Source: Fonticula alba ATCC 38817
Taxonomy: Eukaryota; Protista; Nucleariida
Assembly: GCA_000388065.2 (NCBI GenBank)
Contig: KB932207.1
Direction: 5' to 3' (one strand)
Length of the DNA stretch: 22,179 nucleotides
Of this stretch, positions 19,528 through 22,179 are shown in pieces (the first letter of the stretch is position 1; each line of letters begins with the position of its first letter). Made by a program: the position numbers and the translations under genes. The notes beneath the pieces are model-generated. The model had not been told where the DNA came from. It saw only the letters and a program-made list of their open reading frames with translations, and ran no database searches.

Positions 19528-22179
19528 CATTCAAGGAGGGCCCGCACACACCCATGGACGTCGCTCTCGGATTGGAGGCCGTGGTCTCTTCGAGTTTCGC
19601 GCCAACCGGGCAGGTCTCCGGTACTGGGGGCGGGGGCGGGGGGGGGGGGGGCCGGCCGGCGGAGGATCAACTCCCTGCACGTCGGTTTTCCAAAGCGCCC
19701 GGGCGTCCGTCTCGGAAGGCAGAGGGTGCACCCTTGCGTCGGGCCAGGGGGGATATAGCCATCCTTGCCCGGAGCTCTGCCCCATGGGCTCTGCCGCAGG
19801 TTGCCGGGCCGAGGATTGCATGACGGAGTATGCCCGCCAGGCGGCAGGCCGCTAGGGCACCACAATCCCGGAGGTGTCTGGAGAGAAAAAAAAGAGGGCC
19901 TGCTCTTGTGTCTGGGGGGAGGCCGTGTGAAGGACAGGGGGCCCCAGGAGGGGCACAAGGCACGGGGCAGGGGAGCCGCCGGGAGCGAGGCCGAAGTCCC
20001 CATCATGCCCACACGCTCAAATGGGCCCGGCGTGGGAAGGGCCCCATTTGCTGGTCCAGTCTCCGGGAAGCATGTGCTCGCCTGGAGGTGGCTGGCCTCC
20101 TTGGCCTCTTCCGTGGGTGCCCGGGGCCCGGTCGCACGCGCGCACGCGCGGTGCTTCCATCCTTCGTACCCGCGCTCGCGCACCCTCCTCCCCCGCGCCG
20201 GGCATCTCTCCCTTTCTTTTTTTCTTTCTCTCTCTCTCTCTTGCATGCCCTTTCCGTCCATCTTTCTCCCCTGGTCGCTGGGGCGCCCGGAGTGTGGCGA
20301 CCTTTCTCGGTCTAGGACATGCCTGGCTCTCGCTCTCCCTCGCTCCCCCTCCAGTCGCAGATGACTTCACGCCCCCGAGGCCGCTTTGGTATATTGGCCG
20401 GGTCGCAACGCATGTATAGTGCGCCCCCGCCCGCCGCCCCCGCCCTCGGTCCTGGCGCTCTCGCCCCAGCCGGCCCGGCCTCTCAGGCGTGTGTGTGTGT
20501 GTGTGTGTNNNNNNNNNNNNNNNNNNNNNNNNNNNNNNNNNNNNNNNNNNNNNNNNNNNNNNNNNNNNNNNNNNNNNNNNNNNNNNNNNNNNNNNNNNNN
20601 NNNNNNNNNNNNNNNNNNNNNNNNNNNNNNNNNNNNNNNNNNNNNNNNNNNNNNNNNNNNNNNNNNNNNNNNNNNNNNNNNNNNNNNNNNNNNNNNNNNN
20701 NNNNNNNNNNNNNNNNNNNNNNNNNNNNNNNNNNNNNNNNNNNNNNNNNNNNNNNNNNNNNNNNNNNNNNNNNNNNNNNNNNNNNNNNNNNNNNNNNNNN
20801 NNNNNNNNNNNNNNNNNNNNNNNNNNNNNNNNNNNNNNNNNNNNNNNNNNNNNNNNNNNNNNNNNNNNNNNNNNNNNNNNNNNNNNNNNNNNNNNNNNNN
20901 NNNNNNNNNNNNNNNNNNNNNNNNNNNNNNNNNNNNNNNNNNNNNNNNNNNNNNNNNNNNNNNNNNNNNNNNNNNNNNNNNNNNNNNNNNNNNNNNNNNN
21001 NNNNNNNNNNNNNNNNNNNNNNNNNNNNNNNNNNNNNNNNNNNNNNNNNNNNNNNNNNCCCCCCCCCCCCCCCCGCCCCCATCTCTCCGGCCCCCCGGCG
21101 CCGTCGCCTACCGACTGAGGCCGGGCTTCCTTCGCGAACCCCATGGGATTGGATGCGCGGCGTGGGGAATGCCCATAGCTGCCGGGACATACCACACCGG
21201 CCGGGGGCCCAAGCGACCGTCTCTGCAGGGCATGCGGCCACCTTTCGAGCCGCAGGGCCGAAGAGGAACCGGGGGGGAGGGGGCGTGGCATGGGGCCGGG
21301 AGTAGGATATGCCGGGCGGGCAGAGGGCGCGGGGGCCGGTGGTCGACAAGGGAAGGCCTCAGCCGTCGGCTGGAGCCGGGCCGGTCCGGGGCCGATCGCC
21401 CAGCGGGCCAGGCCTTGTCCAGACTTGCCCGGACCGGGTAGCGGGCCGCTTCCCTCGGCGACCGGCTCTCCAACCAGCCGGCGACAAAATCGGCACACCA
21501 AGCACCCCCTCTGAGACGCCGACGCCCCCCTTCCCCCGCCCGCCCACCGCCCGGGGCCCCACCGTGCGCCCCCTATTTTGGATGAGCATTCCGCTGATCC
21601 CCCCGTCCCCCCCTCCGCCCGCTCTCCCCTCGCTCCCAAGAAGCGACTGCTCCGCAGAGGCCGACGACGGGGCCCCGCGACCGGCGCGTGCCTTGCCTCC
21701 GGCAGGCTCTTTTCCGCCAGGCCCCCGGAGAATCCCGGGTTTGTGGGGGGGGGGGGGGGACCCGACGGGCGGCGAGCCGGCCCGGCGGCATGCGCCAGGA
21801 CTGTGGTGAGTCTGCCGACCCCTCGTCCGCCTCCCGCGCCCCCTCGCCCCCCCGCGGCTCGACGGGCCGAGTGTGCCAGGCCAATTGTTATTGTTTGGAA
21901 AACATTCAGGGGAGCCCGCGATCCCGGCGGTGCGCGGACCGGACGCCCCGGCTGCGGGAACGGGCATGCTGCTGCTGCTGCTGCTGCTGCTGCTAAGTCC
22001 GCAGAGGCCCGGTGACGGGAACACCGCCGGCCGGGTCGGGGGCGGTGATCGCCGGGACGCGGCCGCCCCAGGTTATGGGAGCTTTTGTGAGGCGGGGGCG
22101 TCGCGGGCACTGTCCCGCAAGGCCCCCCCTGGTGGGCGGGAGGTGCATCTCGCAAGCAGGGCCGGCAGGGGGGGGGGGG

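Noticed and set aside
20017-22155. 712-aa minus ORF and other ORFs spanning N runs
   Set aside because: They are artificially joined through gaps translated as X, and the flanking parts have no recognisable motif.
1-22179. Mobile elements, CRISPR arrays, rRNA/snRNA genes; G-quadruplex significance of the many G/C runs
   Set aside because: No transposase or RT motifs, terminal repeats, spacer arrays or recognisable RNA-gene signatures were seen. G/C runs are ubiquitous in the window and mark assembly breaks, so none is singled out.

Overview
This is eukaryotic, very GC-rich, intron-containing genomic DNA with four assembly gaps (2392-2543, 5954-6103, 17970-18362, 20509-21058). The fungal-like CTRAY branch points suggest a GC-rich unicellular opisthokont, something like Fonticula; this is inference only. 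Two convergent spliced genes can be reconstructed by hand with fully consistent intron phases. (1) On the + strand, a 5-exon gene (4449-5671) encodes a 203-aa U1 snRNP protein C. (2) On the - strand, a giant gene of at least 13 exons (17276 to 6249, 3' end lost in a gap) encodes at least 2894 aa. It has two N-terminal C1-type zinc fingers that only appear after splicing, a ~2400-aa low-complexity linker, and a C-terminal CAMK-group Ser/Thr kinase with protein kinase D signatures (LGSGQFG, SVVGTPAY) mixed with CHK2-like features (HRD, EIEIL). All 17 inferred splice donors are GT[AG][CT]G. The flanks (1-4400 and 17400-22179) contain no gene I can support; their long ORFs look like GC-content artefacts.
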